Part shown: piece after piece, positions 18,123 to 27,374 of the stretch
Layout: the number at the start of each line of letters is the position of its first letter
How positions within the stretch are numbered: position 1 is the stretch's first letter
From: an uncultured Gammaproteobacteria bacterium
Lineage (GTDB): Bacteria; Patescibacteriota; Patescibacteriia; Magasanikbacterales; GWA2-37-8
Reading direction: 5' to 3'
DNA: 43,465 nucleotides
Assembly (NCBI GenBank): GCA_964585245.1
Contig: CAZPCV010000003.1
Coordinates: forward strand, 3,652 to 47,116
The notes under the pieces: generated by a model
Databases searched by the model: none
Told to the model about the DNA's origin: nothing
The model's input: only the letters and a program-made list of their open reading frames with translations
Translations under genes and position numbers: made by a program

Positions 18123-19646
18123 ATGCCTCGTTTATCCCGCGTAATCCCTTCGGTCATGGCGACCCAGCATCCGGACAATGCCGGAGCGCCGTATTGGAGC
18201 ACCACGGGGCACCCGTTTGTCAGTGCAGAGCAAGAGCTCTCCGAATGCGTGTCGGCTTGGCAAACACTGGGGGTGGAGGAATTCATGTGGGACTTTGAAG
18301 GGAAGCACGCGGATGAAGCAGTGATAGACAAACTGTTTTCCGAACACTATGAATTCTGCAAAAAAACCGGGATCGGTCGTAATTTATTTTTAACCTTTCG
18401 CGTGCCTAATGTCTGGCACGAAAAGGGCTACAGCTTGCTGCGTTCGCTGATGGTCATTTTGACCAGCGAAGATTTTGCCCGCGACCTTAGTTTTAAAAAC
18501 CGCCCGCTATTTGAAGTTATTTTGCCCATGACCGAAACGGCGGAGCAGCTCATTTATATTCAAACTTGCTACCAAAAACTAGCGCGGTTCAAAATGGCAA
18601 CCTTTAATCACAATACCCCACAAAATTCCGAACAGCTAGAACTTATCCCGCTTGTAGAGAGCGTAAGTGGACAAATAGGTATTGCCCAACTGCTCAAAAA
18701 ATACATTGTCCTGCATCAGAAAAAATTTAATTCCCGCCTCGCTTATCTGCGGCCTTTTTTAGCACGCAGCGATCCGGCCATGGTTTCTGGGTTGTTACCC
18801 ACTGTACTTGCTAACAAAATCGCTTTGTCTGAGCTAGTTCGTTTTTCAGCAGCGGAAAAAATTCCTACTTTTCCGATTATCGGGGTAGGAAGTTTGCCAT
18901 TTCGCGGTGGACTTGCACCGACGGATATCCCGGCGTTTCTGATGCAATATGCCGGAGTGCGCACGGTGACCGTGCAGTCGGCTTTTCGCTACGACCACCC
19001 CTTGCCCCTAGTAAAAAAATCAATCGCACTACTTAAGCAAAAACTCCCCCATACGAAAGCCGTTTTAATTCCGCCCACTCACCAACGCCGCTTGATGGAA
19101 ATTATTACCGAGAGTGAAATTATATATCAGAAGGAATTATTACCAGTATTGAATGATCTTGGCCCCTGGTTCGGGGCTATGCCGCGCCGTCGTGAACGGC
19201 GACAACATCTCGGTTTCTTGTCGTATGGCCGAAAAACGGGCAAAACGGCACTGCCCCGTGCCATCAGCTTTACCGGCGCCCTGTACTCGCTGGGTATTCC
19301 ACCGGAATTTATCGGCCTTAGCGCTTCATTAGAAAAATTAAGTGCGGCTGATTGGAAATTAATTAATCGCTATTACCCAATTTTAAAAAACGATTTAGCA
19401 CGGGCCGGTCGCTTCCTTAATCTAGAAAATATTCGCCGTTTATCCAAGGCCAATCCCGCCTGGGAAAAAATTGCCGTAGGAATTCCAAAGATAGAAAAAC
19501 TTCTCAATTTACACTTCGGTCCACAGACTAGAGCAGAGCACGAGCATTATGACCTATCGCTTGATATCTGGTTGAGCCGCCACAACTCGGCTGCACTCAG
19601 TCGTCTCATTACCGCGAGCGGCCTAGCCCGCCAGAGTTTAGGATAA
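18123..19646 (+). CDS. ppcA: archaeal-type phosphoenolpyruvate carboxylase
   Basis: The N-terminal IPSVMATQHPDN signature and a length of about 507 aa are typical of the PepcA family, not the bacterial Ppc of about 900 aa. Confidence 0.8.
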   Translation: MPRLSRVIPSVMATQHPDNAGAPYWSTTGHPFVSAEQELSECVSAWQTLGVEEFMWDFEGKHADEAVIDKLFSEHYEFCKKTGIGRNLFLTFRVPNVWHEKGYSLLRSLMVILTSEDFARDLSFKNRPLFEVILPMTETAEQLIYIQTCYQKLARFKMATFNHNTPQNSEQLELIPLVESVSGQIGIAQLLKKYIVLHQKKFNSRLAYLRPFLARSDPAMVSGLLPTVLANKIALSELVRFSAAEKIPTFPIIGVGSLPFRGGLAPTDIPAFLMQYAGVRTVTVQSAFRYDHPLPLVKKSIALLKQKLPHTKAVLIPPTHQRRLMEIITESEIIYQKELLPVLNDLGPWFGAMPRRRERRQHLGFLSYGRKTGKTALPRAISFTGALYSLGIPPEFIGLSASLEKLSAADWKLINRYYPILKNDLARAGRFLNLENIRRLSKANPAWEKIAVGIPKIEKLLNLHFGPQTRAEHEHYDLSLDIWLSRHNSAALSRLITASGLARQSLG

Positions 19647-19809
19647 TTGGATCACACTGTGCCCCTTCTGCCGTTAACGAATTAATTACAGTCGCTGCTT
19701 TTCTCCACCGAACAGTTTCCGTCTTTTTCGCCAATTAACACATCAACCCCTTCCGGGAATTTGGTGGCAAAATCTTTAACGTGGGATGCCTGATGAGTAG
19801 TGACAAATG

Positions 19810-20163
19810 CTACCTGGACTTTTTAGTTGAAACTTTTGGCTTGGCAGAGTAACTGATTGCCGGCTTTTCCCGTAGCAAAAATCCGGCATTTTCCAAACTA
19901 CGCGCCAAACGCTCATACCGGCTTAGTGTCTTTCTCGATAACTCGCCCTGGCTAGCTACCACGCTATCTTTCCCAGACGACACAATTTCGGCCCAACGTT
20001 CAAAGAGTTTCACAGACAAGAGCACGGCTTTGGGATCGCCATGTTCGGTGAGTGTTATCGGCCCCCCACCCTTCGACACATTCTCGACGACATCAAATAA
20101 ATTTTGCCTGGCCACGGTGAGAGAAATATTTTTTCCTTTGAGCTGAAAAGGCTGTTTTTTCAT
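19810..20163 (-). CDS. Phd/YefM-like antitoxin-fold protein with a basic C-terminal tail
   Basis: ISLTVARQNLFDVVENVSKGGGPITLTEHGDPKAVLLSVKLFERW resembles the Phd/YefM N-terminal domain. No toxin ORF lies downstream. Confidence 0.5.
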   Translation of the reverse strand: MKKQPFQLKGKNISLTVARQNLFDVVENVSKGGGPITLTEHGDPKAVLLSVKLFERWAEIVSSGKDSVVASQGELSRKTLSRYERLARSLENAGFLLREKPAISYSAKPKVSTKKSR

Positions 20164-20202
20164 ACATATTTTAGCAAAACTTCCTATTGAAACGATGCAA
20201 TA

Positions 20203-20739
20203 TTATTTTAATATTAACGGCAACGAAACCACATTCTTAGGGTCTTTAACATTTACAACAAAAACTGTTTCCTCTCCAACTGCGACCAAGGCCCAATCCG
20301 CACAGATTAAACGGGCTTTGGTTATCGTTTTTTTTATTGCCCGCTCTTTTTGATAGGGAGTTAATGGATTTCTAAAACATTCCAACACCAGTTGTGCGTT
20401 TAAATGTTGGTCATCTCTATATACCACAATAAAGGTTTTTTTACGTTTATTACCAGGCAAAGCAACATTAATGGCTATTTTTTGCAAAGGAAACCCAAAC
20501 GTCTCTACCAAGGACAACACTCCCGCTACGCGTAACTTTTCACGAATACTTTCGGCCGAATAATGTGGTGGGAGCGAAGCTTTGTAGTTAATCGCCGGTT
20601 CTTCCTTTATCAAAAGAGCCTGATACCAATTATAGACCTCGGAATAACCGGCCGTGCCGGTAAAAGTAAAACAGCTATTTTTAATGCGGCTATCAAAATA
20701 GTAGGGCATACGTGTTTTATGTAAGTAATTTAGATTCAC
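20203..20739 (-). CDS. HsdR-N-terminal-like (PD-(D/E)xK fold) protein, catalytic residues apparently substituted
   Basis: SIREKLRVAGVLSLVETFGFPLQKI...KKTFIVVY...LVLECFRNP...WALVAVGEETVFV follows the HSDR_N_2 pattern. It has F where the D of DIVVY and the K of ECK are expected. The alternative ATG at 20709 would remove the overlap with radC. Confidence 0.4.
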   Translation of the reverse strand: MNLNYLHKTRMPYYFDSRIKNSCFTFTGTAGYSEVYNWYQALLIKEEPAINYKASLPPHYSAESIREKLRVAGVLSLVETFGFPLQKIAINVALPGNKRKKTFIVVYRDDQHLNAQLVLECFRNPLTPYQKERAIKKTITKARLICADWALVAVGEETVFVVNVKDPKNVVSLPLILK

Positions 20740-21385
20740 TAAAACTAAACCAACCGTCCTTTACCACAATCACGTGATCAATTAAATTTATTCCCAAAAT
20801 ACTGCCGGCTGCAGATAAACGCCTAGTAATTTCTACGTCGCTGGCAGAAGGATTTTTATCCCCGGAAGGGTGGTTGTGTGCCACAATAATTTCTGCCGCC
20901 GCTTGCCGGATTGCCGGTTCAAAAATTTCTCTCGGATGCACCAAACTGGCGTTTAATACCCCCACCGAAACCAGCTCTCGCTTGATAATTTGATGTATCG
21001 AATCGAGAAAAAAAACTACACAATGTTCTTTTTTTAAATCTCTTAACTCTTTTAGTTCTTCCCATACTTCTTGGGGCGAAAGTAATAAATTAGATTTTTT
21101 TTGCTGTAGCACTCGCCGACCCAATTCTAACGCCGCCATAATCTCGAGTGCCTTAATTTTACCAATGCCATTTATACTGCTTAATTCTTCAATGGTGGCC
21201 TTCCCCAAACCAAGCACACCAAACTTTCGTAACATATCTTTTCCCACTTCAATCGCATTGGCTCCTTTGGTACCCGTGCCGAGCAAAATTGCAATTAATT
21301 CCGATGTGGCTAATTTACTTGGGCCGTAGGCTAGCATTTTTTCTCTAGGCCTATCTACGCGTGCGACTTCTTTAAGTTTGGTCAT
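20717..21385 (-). CDS. radC: RadC-like JAB/MPN domain protein
   Basis: HhH region (INGIGKIKALEIMAALELGRR) and the JAMM motif VAHNHPSGDKNPSASD. Confidence 0.92.
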   Translation of the reverse strand: MTKLKEVARVDRPREKMLAYGPSKLATSELIAILLGTGTKGANAIEVGKDMLRKFGVLGLGKATIEELSSINGIGKIKALEIMAALELGRRVLQQKKSNLLLSPQEVWEELKELRDLKKEHCVVFFLDSIHQIIKRELVSVGVLNASLVHPREIFEPAIRQAAAEIIVAHNHPSGDKNPSASDVEITRRLSAAGSILGINLIDHVIVVKDGWFSFSESKLLT

Positions 21386-21510
21386 ATTTTTATGTACAGT
21401 ATAGTGTACAGTATATCACGTATCCAAAATTCACGCAATTTTTGTACCCGTATTTTACTTGCTAATTACACTAAGCCTTGTTACGATAGCGTGTGCTTAA
21501 ACTTTTTCCC

Positions 21511-23343
21511 ATGGCTTCCGCCCTTGATATTTTAAAAAATACATTCGGCTATAATGAGTTTCGCCCGCCCCAGGCCGATATCATACACTCGGTATTAGAA
21601 CAAAAAGACACCTTCGTTCTCATGCCTACCGGCGGCGGTAAATCGCTTTGTTATCAATTACCTGCCCTCATGCTACCCGGCCTCACGGTAGTGATTTCGC
21701 CGCTCATTGCGCTCATGAAAGACCAGGTAGATGCACTCCGACTAAACGGCATTAAAGCCAGTTATTTGAATTCCACTCTTTCTCCCTCCGAGCGGGCGGC
21801 AATTTACAAAGCCTTGGAGCAGCGGCAGCTCAGCCTTTTATATATTGCGCCGGAGCGCTTGTTCGCCAATGAAAAGCAATTTTTAGAATGGCTGCAAAAA
21901 TTACCTATTTCTCTTTTTGCAATCGATGAAGCCCATTGCATTTCGCAGTGGGGGCATGATTTTCGGCCGGAGTATCGCCTCTTGTCCCATTTAAAAACAG
22001 CGTTCCCTAAAGTACCGACAATCGCTCTTACCGCCACCGCCGACCAAATCACCCAAGAAGATATTATACAAAAATTGGCTTTGCGCGAACCGGCAGTTTT
22101 CAAATCCAGTTTCAATCGCCCCAATATTTATTATTCCGTAGAGCCTAAACAAGGCATGTACGCGCGCCTGGTAGAATACCTAATTGAACACCGTGATGAT
22201 GCGGGCATTATTTATACCTTATCACGCAATTCTGCCGAAAAGCTGGCCGCCGATCTGCAAACCGAGGGCTTTGCCGCGGCCCCGTATCATGCTGGTCTGC
22301 CCGTCGAGAAGCGCCAACTACATCAAGAGCAATTTTTGAAAGACGACATCAAAATAATCGTAGCTACTATTGCGTTTGGTATGGGCATCAACAAATCGAA
22401 TGTCCGCTTCGTAATTCATGCTGATCTACCCAAAAATATCGAGAGTTATTACCAAGAAACCGGACGCGCCGGACGCGATGGCCTACGGAGCGATGCGCTA
22501 TTATTTTATAGCGGCGGCGATGTGATGAAACTACGGAGGTTTGCCCAGGTAGAAAATAATCCAGAGCAAACCCGCATCATGATGCACAAATTACAGCAAA
22601 TGGCAGATTTTTGCGAAGCACATAGCTGTCGTCGCAAACGATTGCTGCATTATTTTGGCGAAATGCACACACCAGAAAATTGTGCCAATTGTGATGCGTG
22701 CCTCACTGATTACGAACATTTTGACGGCACAATCATCGCCCAAAAGGCACTATCGGCTGCGGCCCGCCTCGCTGGTAGTCACGGAATTACATATTTGGTA
22801 GAATTTTTGCGTGGCTCTAAATCAGCCAAAATAAAAGACGAACACAAAGCCATAAAAACCTACGGGGTCGGTGCGGAATTTTCCAAAGCTCAGTGGTTTC
22901 ATTATTTGAAAGACTTGATCGCACACGGCTATTTAGAACAAAGCGGCGCAGAATACCCGGTGGTGAAACTGACTCAAAAAAGCGTGCCTGTTTTGAAGGG
23001 CTTAGAAAAAGTAAATTTAGTACAAGCTCGCACCACACGCGCGGCTACAGTCACCGAGCGGCAACACGAAGCGGACCTGTTGTTAGAACTCAAGGCTGTA
23101 CGTAATCGCCTGGCACACAAAGAAGGAGTACCTGCCTATCTTGTTTTCTCTGATGCCACACTGCTGGAAATGGCGACCTATCTACCTTTGACCGAACCTG
23201 ATCTGAAAAAAATCTCTGGCTGGGGCGAAGTAAAACTCGCACGCTATGGCCAACAATTTTTAACTATACTACAATCGTACTGTAGCGAACACCAACTCGT
23301 TACCCGTATTGAACATAAGGTTCCTAAACGCCGCCGCGGCTAA
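21511..23343 (+). CDS. recQ: ATP-dependent DNA helicase RecQ
   Basis: [41 protein letters not shown], a Zn-binding [12 protein letters not shown]...CANCDAC region and a C-terminal HRDC domain. The ATG at 21511 is preferred over the GTG at 21493. Confidence 0.95.
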   Translation: MASALDILKNTFGYNEFRPPQADIIHSVLEQKDTFVLMPTGGGKSLCYQLPALMLPGLTVVISPLIALMKDQVDALRLNGIKASYLNSTLSPSERAAIYKALEQRQLSLLYIAPERLFANEKQFLEWLQKLPISLFAIDEAHCISQWGHDFRPEYRLLSHLKTAFPKVPTIALTATADQITQEDIIQKLALREPAVFKSSFNRPNIYYSVEPKQGMYARLVEYLIEHRDDAGIIYTLSRNSAEKLAADLQTEGFAAAPYHAGLPVEKRQLHQEQFLKDDIKIIVATIAFGMGINKSNVRFVIHADLPKNIESYYQETGRAGRDGLRSDALLFYSGGDVMKLRRFAQVENNPEQTRIMMHKLQQMADFCEAHSCRRKRLLHYFGEMHTPENCANCDACLTDYEHFDGTIIAQKALSAAARLAGSHGITYLVEFLRGSKSAKIKDEHKAIKTYGVGAEFSKAQWFHYLKDLIAHGYLEQSGAEYPVVKLTQKSVPVLKGLEKVNLVQARTTRAATVTERQHEADLLLELKAVRNRLAHKEGVPAYLVFSDATLLEMATYLPLTEPDLKKISGWGEVKLARYGQQFLTILQSYCSEHQLVTRIEHKVPKRRRG

Positions 23344-23350
23344 TAATGCT

Positions 23351-24127
23351 ATGAAAAAAACACTCGTTATCTGGGGCATTCTATTATCCATGATTTTATC
23401 TGGTCTCATTTATTTTTTGTTATTCCGTTCTTCTCTACTCGTCCAGAATTTAGTGCACCCTGCTACGTTCGCCGTTACGTCCACATTGCCGTTTTGCCTG
23501 ATGGACCCGACTCCGCCAACCACTACCCCGCTTCATTTTGTGATGCAAACGGTGCCGTTTATTTCCCAAGCTCCCGAAGCGCAGTGGAGTGATCCAATAT
23601 TTCAGGATGGTTGCGAAGAAGCGTCGCTCCTTATGGCGATGAGCTGGGCCCAAGGAACACCGCTTAGTGCCGGTAACGCCACAGAAGAAATTATGAAATT
23701 AATACGCTTTGAAGAAGCGTCAGACAAAGGCTACACCGCCGATGTCTCGGCTACCGATGTGGCGGACATTGCCCGGCGTTATTTTAATTATACCCAAGTC
23801 GAAGTAGCAGAACATGTCACGGCAACGAGCCTCATCGAGCGGTTGCAGGCTGGCGCGGTGATTGTCGCTCCGATGAATGGACAACTATTGCATAATCCTT
23901 ATTTTACGGCACCTGGCCCCTTGTATCATATGCTTCTCGTTATCGGCTATGACCCCACCACACAAGAATTTATTACCAATGATCCGGGCACGCGGCGCGG
24001 CAAAGGATTTCGTTATTCCGTGCCGGTATTCATGAATGCCCTGCGCGATTATCCGAGCGGACATCATGAGCCGATTACGCACAACGAAAAGCGTGTTGTT
24101 ATCATTGAAAAATCGATAGCCAAATAA
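23351..24127 (+). CDS. C39-like cysteine peptidase domain protein (membrane-anchored)
   Basis: TM helix, VPFISQAPE...QDGCEEASLLMA (Cys) and YHMLLVIGYD (His). The ATG at 23351 is preferred over the track start at 23309, which lies inside recQ. Confidence 0.7.
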   Translation: MKKTLVIWGILLSMILSGLIYFLLFRSSLLVQNLVHPATFAVTSTLPFCLMDPTPPTTTPLHFVMQTVPFISQAPEAQWSDPIFQDGCEEASLLMAMSWAQGTPLSAGNATEEIMKLIRFEEASDKGYTADVSATDVADIARRYFNYTQVEVAEHVTATSLIERLQAGAVIVAPMNGQLLHNPYFTAPGPLYHMLLVIGYDPTTQEFITNDPGTRRGKGFRYSVPVFMNALRDYPSGHHEPITHNEKRVVIIEKSIAK

Positions 24128-24154
24128 AATCTTCACTACTGCGTATTTGTAAGT

Positions 24155-26554
24155 TTACCGATTCATCGTGGCTCTATCAAAATCTATTAGATACACTCTT
24201 GGCACTATATTAAAATCAACTTCTCCGTGTTCGTTACGAGCAAATTTTAAACAAAAATTTCTCTCGTGCACATGATTATGATCTACCCCATTTTTTTTTA
24301 TAACTCTAAAAATTTTAGAGCACTGTGCGGCTATTTCTTTTTTAAAACCACCACTAATTACCGACCATTCCTTGACATTTAAGTCTAGAACTCCGCTGCA
24401 TACATCGACAGTGCCTTTTTTTTGATTATACTTGAAAGACACAATCGGCTCTACTGGAATATAATCAAAACCTTCTGCTTTCCACAACGCCTCATTTTCG
24501 TAGACCTTTTGCCAAACCATAAAATGTTCTGGCAAGATATGCCTAATAATAACTTTCCCTTTTAAGGGGCCTCCCACCAACGTAGTTTCGGAGCCGCTTT
24601 TCTGCAACGCCTCGCGATGAAACCAGCGATTTTTATCAGTCCTCATTTTATCATATAGCACACTTGGCGCTACTAGCAGCTCTTTGTCTTCAGAAGACAT
24701 TTCTAATTCCACTACATCTGTCGCACTGACCTCACTAATACCTCTTAACATTATCAACCTCAATTCTCTGGGTATTTCTTGAACCAATGTACTTAGAGTG
24801 GCTACGCCGGGCAGAATATGTGGAATTAAATATATATACTTTGCCAAACTATTTAATACTGCTACGTTTCTACTTTTTAATAATGCTGCTATCAAATCAA
24901 CCTGCTCTGTATCACTAAAATAGGCATTCTCTCTATCCAAAACGGGTAAAATTTTTACTACCAACAACAAATCCTCGGTTTTGCCACCCGACACATACTG
25001 ATCTACAGTCTTTTTTAAGAAGCCATAAAACTCTTTAACATGGTTTAGCGGCAAAACACCAATCATCTCAATGGCGATACGGCGCTCTTCGTCATTTCCT
25101 TCATTTGTTAAAATTCTAATTTTTTGCAGAGCGTGTTCAATTAAAACGTTCTTTTGCTCATTTGAGAGAACGCTAACTCTACATAGAATATCTTTCAACA
25201 CATTCAGAGTCATTTTTTTTAAAATTTTTGAAAATACCGATAGCCTCAATTTTTCTGAATCAATATTCTCAATTGCTTTTACAACCGCCTCAATAATTTT
25301 AGCATCTACAGAGACAGCCAGCTTTTCTATAATTTCTACTTGTTCTTGTTCCGAGAAAATTCCAATTTTATTTAAAACTAATAAGGCCGCCTTATCATTA
25401 TCTTTAGTCAACAAGTTTTTAAAAACTTGTTTGCAAAATTCTAATATTTTTTGGTTACCATTTTCACTTAGGATGCTCAAATTTTTAACTATATTTAAAA
25501 AGTTATCTTCTACCCAATCTTCATCTTCCGCCATGCATTGGTCAATATACTGCTGCAATACATTTGCGCGCGTTTCAATATTTTGTATATCTTGAATAAA
25601 TTTTGTTAAAAAACGTGCTACTTTATCCCCGTGCAAGCTCAAGACTTTTTCTATGGCTAGAACAAAAAACTCCTCCCCTGCTTGTTTAGCAAGGTATAAA
25701 ACTTTTTCTATTTCTGCAAAATTTCCTTTTACAATCACTTTGTCGGTTAGCACCTTAAATTCGTTCAACAATGCCGATCTTTCCTGCTTGTTTGCAATAT
25801 TAAAAACTTCAATTTGCAAATCGCAAAAACTATCATCGTCAATTCTAAAAAACTCTCTCAGCAACTCTGTCTTGTGTTCGTAGTTTCTGAACACGGCTAC
25901 CAATTTAATGGCTTTTTTAAATGAGCCTATGCTCTTTTCTTCCAACAGCTCTCTTACTTTTCTATCAATGACTGCTTGCACTTGTGCTCGCTCTGGGTAG
26001 TGGATCGCACCTTCTTCTGCGACAGCTTTAACTGCGACGTTTATGTTTTCATTATTAATTCCCGCCATAATAAGCGGGAATTTTTTATCTCGAGAAACGC
26101 AGTAAACATAAGAAACGGCCACACGCTGTGCCGACTCATCGTTCGTACTCATTGCTTCTTCTAAAATTGCTTCTATCACGCGATACAGCTGCCCTCTTTT
26201 TCCTCCTGGAACATATTCTATTAACTTGAGTGATTTTAGTTTTAAACTCAAGTCATCCACCAGCATCATTTTTTTAATGACATTTATTCTTGCATTGTCG
26301 GGCAAGCGTATTACAACATCACAAACACTATCAAACAATTCCGCCTTGCCAATCGCAGACTCAATTGCTGATTGCAAGGCTTCTCCGGTTAATCCGTCTA
26401 CCTCTCTTAAAAATGCTATTACCGGCTCTTTTTCAAAATTTTCTTTATCTACAAAATATCGTTTTAATGCCCGATCCGTTATTTTTTCTTGGCCAGGCAG
26501 TTTATATTTTTGCAGATCGACAGATTCTAAAGGCATATCAGAATACAAAACCAT
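24155..26554 (-). CDS. 799-aa alpha-helical repeat (HEAT/ARM-like) protein with a C-terminal RIO/Kdo-like kinase-fold domain
   Basis: The first 600 aa or so are Leu/Ile/Glu/Lys-rich helical repeats. The last 190 aa or so contain ENEALWKAEGFDYIPVEP, GVDHNHVHERNFCL (at the HGDLHxxN position) and YLIDFDRA. Confidence 0.6.
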   Translation of the reverse strand: MVLYSDMPLESVDLQKYKLPGQEKITDRALKRYFVDKENFEKEPVIAFLREVDGLTGEALQSAIESAIGKAELFDSVCDVVIRLPDNARINVIKKMMLVDDLSLKLKSLKLIEYVPGGKRGQLYRVIEAILEEAMSTNDESAQRVAVSYVYCVSRDKKFPLIMAGINNENINVAVKAVAEEGAIHYPERAQVQAVIDRKVRELLEEKSIGSFKKAIKLVAVFRNYEHKTELLREFFRIDDDSFCDLQIEVFNIANKQERSALLNEFKVLTDKVIVKGNFAEIEKVLYLAKQAGEEFFVLAIEKVLSLHGDKVARFLTKFIQDIQNIETRANVLQQYIDQCMAEDEDWVEDNFLNIVKNLSILSENGNQKILEFCKQVFKNLLTKDNDKAALLVLNKIGIFSEQEQVEIIEKLAVSVDAKIIEAVVKAIENIDSEKLRLSVFSKILKKMTLNVLKDILCRVSVLSNEQKNVLIEHALQKIRILTNEGNDEERRIAIEMIGVLPLNHVKEFYGFLKKTVDQYVSGGKTEDLLLVVKILPVLDRENAYFSDTEQVDLIAALLKSRNVAVLNSLAKYIYLIPHILPGVATLSTLVQEIPRELRLIMLRGISEVSATDVVELEMSSEDKELLVAPSVLYDKMRTDKNRWFHREALQKSGSETTLVGGPLKGKVIIRHILPEHFMVWQKVYENEALWKAEGFDYIPVEPIVSFKYNQKKGTVDVCSGVLDLNVKEWSVISGGFKKEIAAQCSKIFRVIKKNGVDHNHVHERNFCLKFARNEHGEVDFNIVPRVYLIDFDRATMNR

Positions 26555-26599
26555 TATTTTTTGAGCTTGCTACCTGGTTATATATTTTTGCTTACTATT

Positions 26600-26971
26600 T
26601 TAATTGGAAGGTTTTACCTTTTGTGTAGAATACTTATTATACTCAAGCATAAAATCCTGCAAAAAAAACGCAGCCGCCAGTTTATCGCTAGACCCCTCTT
26701 TCAACCCTTTTTCGTTCAAATTTTTGAAAAGATCTGCATTTTCTTTTCGTAAACTTGACACTATACCATCGACTCCATGTTTTAAAAGCTGATCTAAATT
26801 CACTTCTACTAATTTTAGCGCATGTTTGAACGCCTTTAAAGGATCGGGTGATTTATCGCTTGTCGGTACAAGCACCCGGTTTAGCAACATTCTTAATTCG
26901 CTTTCAGAGAGTGCGCTCTTGTCTTCATGTTTTTGATTACTAAATTCTTGACGTGGTAATCGCATGTTCAT
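26600..26971 (-). CDS. hypothetical protein (123 aa)
   Basis: ORF track only. It is co-oriented with and 45 nt upstream of the 799-aa gene. Confidence 0.45.
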   Translation of the reverse strand: MNMRLPRQEFSNQKHEDKSALSESELRMLLNRVLVPTSDKSPDPLKAFKHALKLVEVNLDQLLKHGVDGIVSSLRKENADLFKNLNEKGLKEGSSDKLAAAFFLQDFMLEYNKYSTQKVKPSN

Positions 26972-27374
26972 ATTTTTTGGGTTACCTTTGCTCGCAACAA
27001 TGAGGGAGTATTTTAAATCACAAGCAAAGAACTTTTATATAAACGAATGACGTTTTATTGAACATTTTTATAGTCTTGTGCTTTGCAACAAGATTATAAA
27101 ATATGCTTATTTTTATAATAGCATCACTTGTATTACTATACATTAAGATACAACAACTTTCAATTACGGGTTTTTTACAAAAAAATCAGATTAATTGTAG
27201 GCCATATTGTAAAATTGCTTGTTTGATACAAAACGTATCACTCACGAAGTTGCTGTAAATATTTTTTAACAACTATTTACTGACAAGATTTTTTTTGCTA
27301 AACTTAAATAAAACTCTTAAGTATTTTTGTTCTAAATTTATAAAAAAAATTTAATTTTATATTAGGCTGTTAAT

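Noticed and set aside
19789-19812. Hammerhead-like CUGAUGAG core
   Set aside because: No downstream GAAA, and no stems I-III could be built around it.
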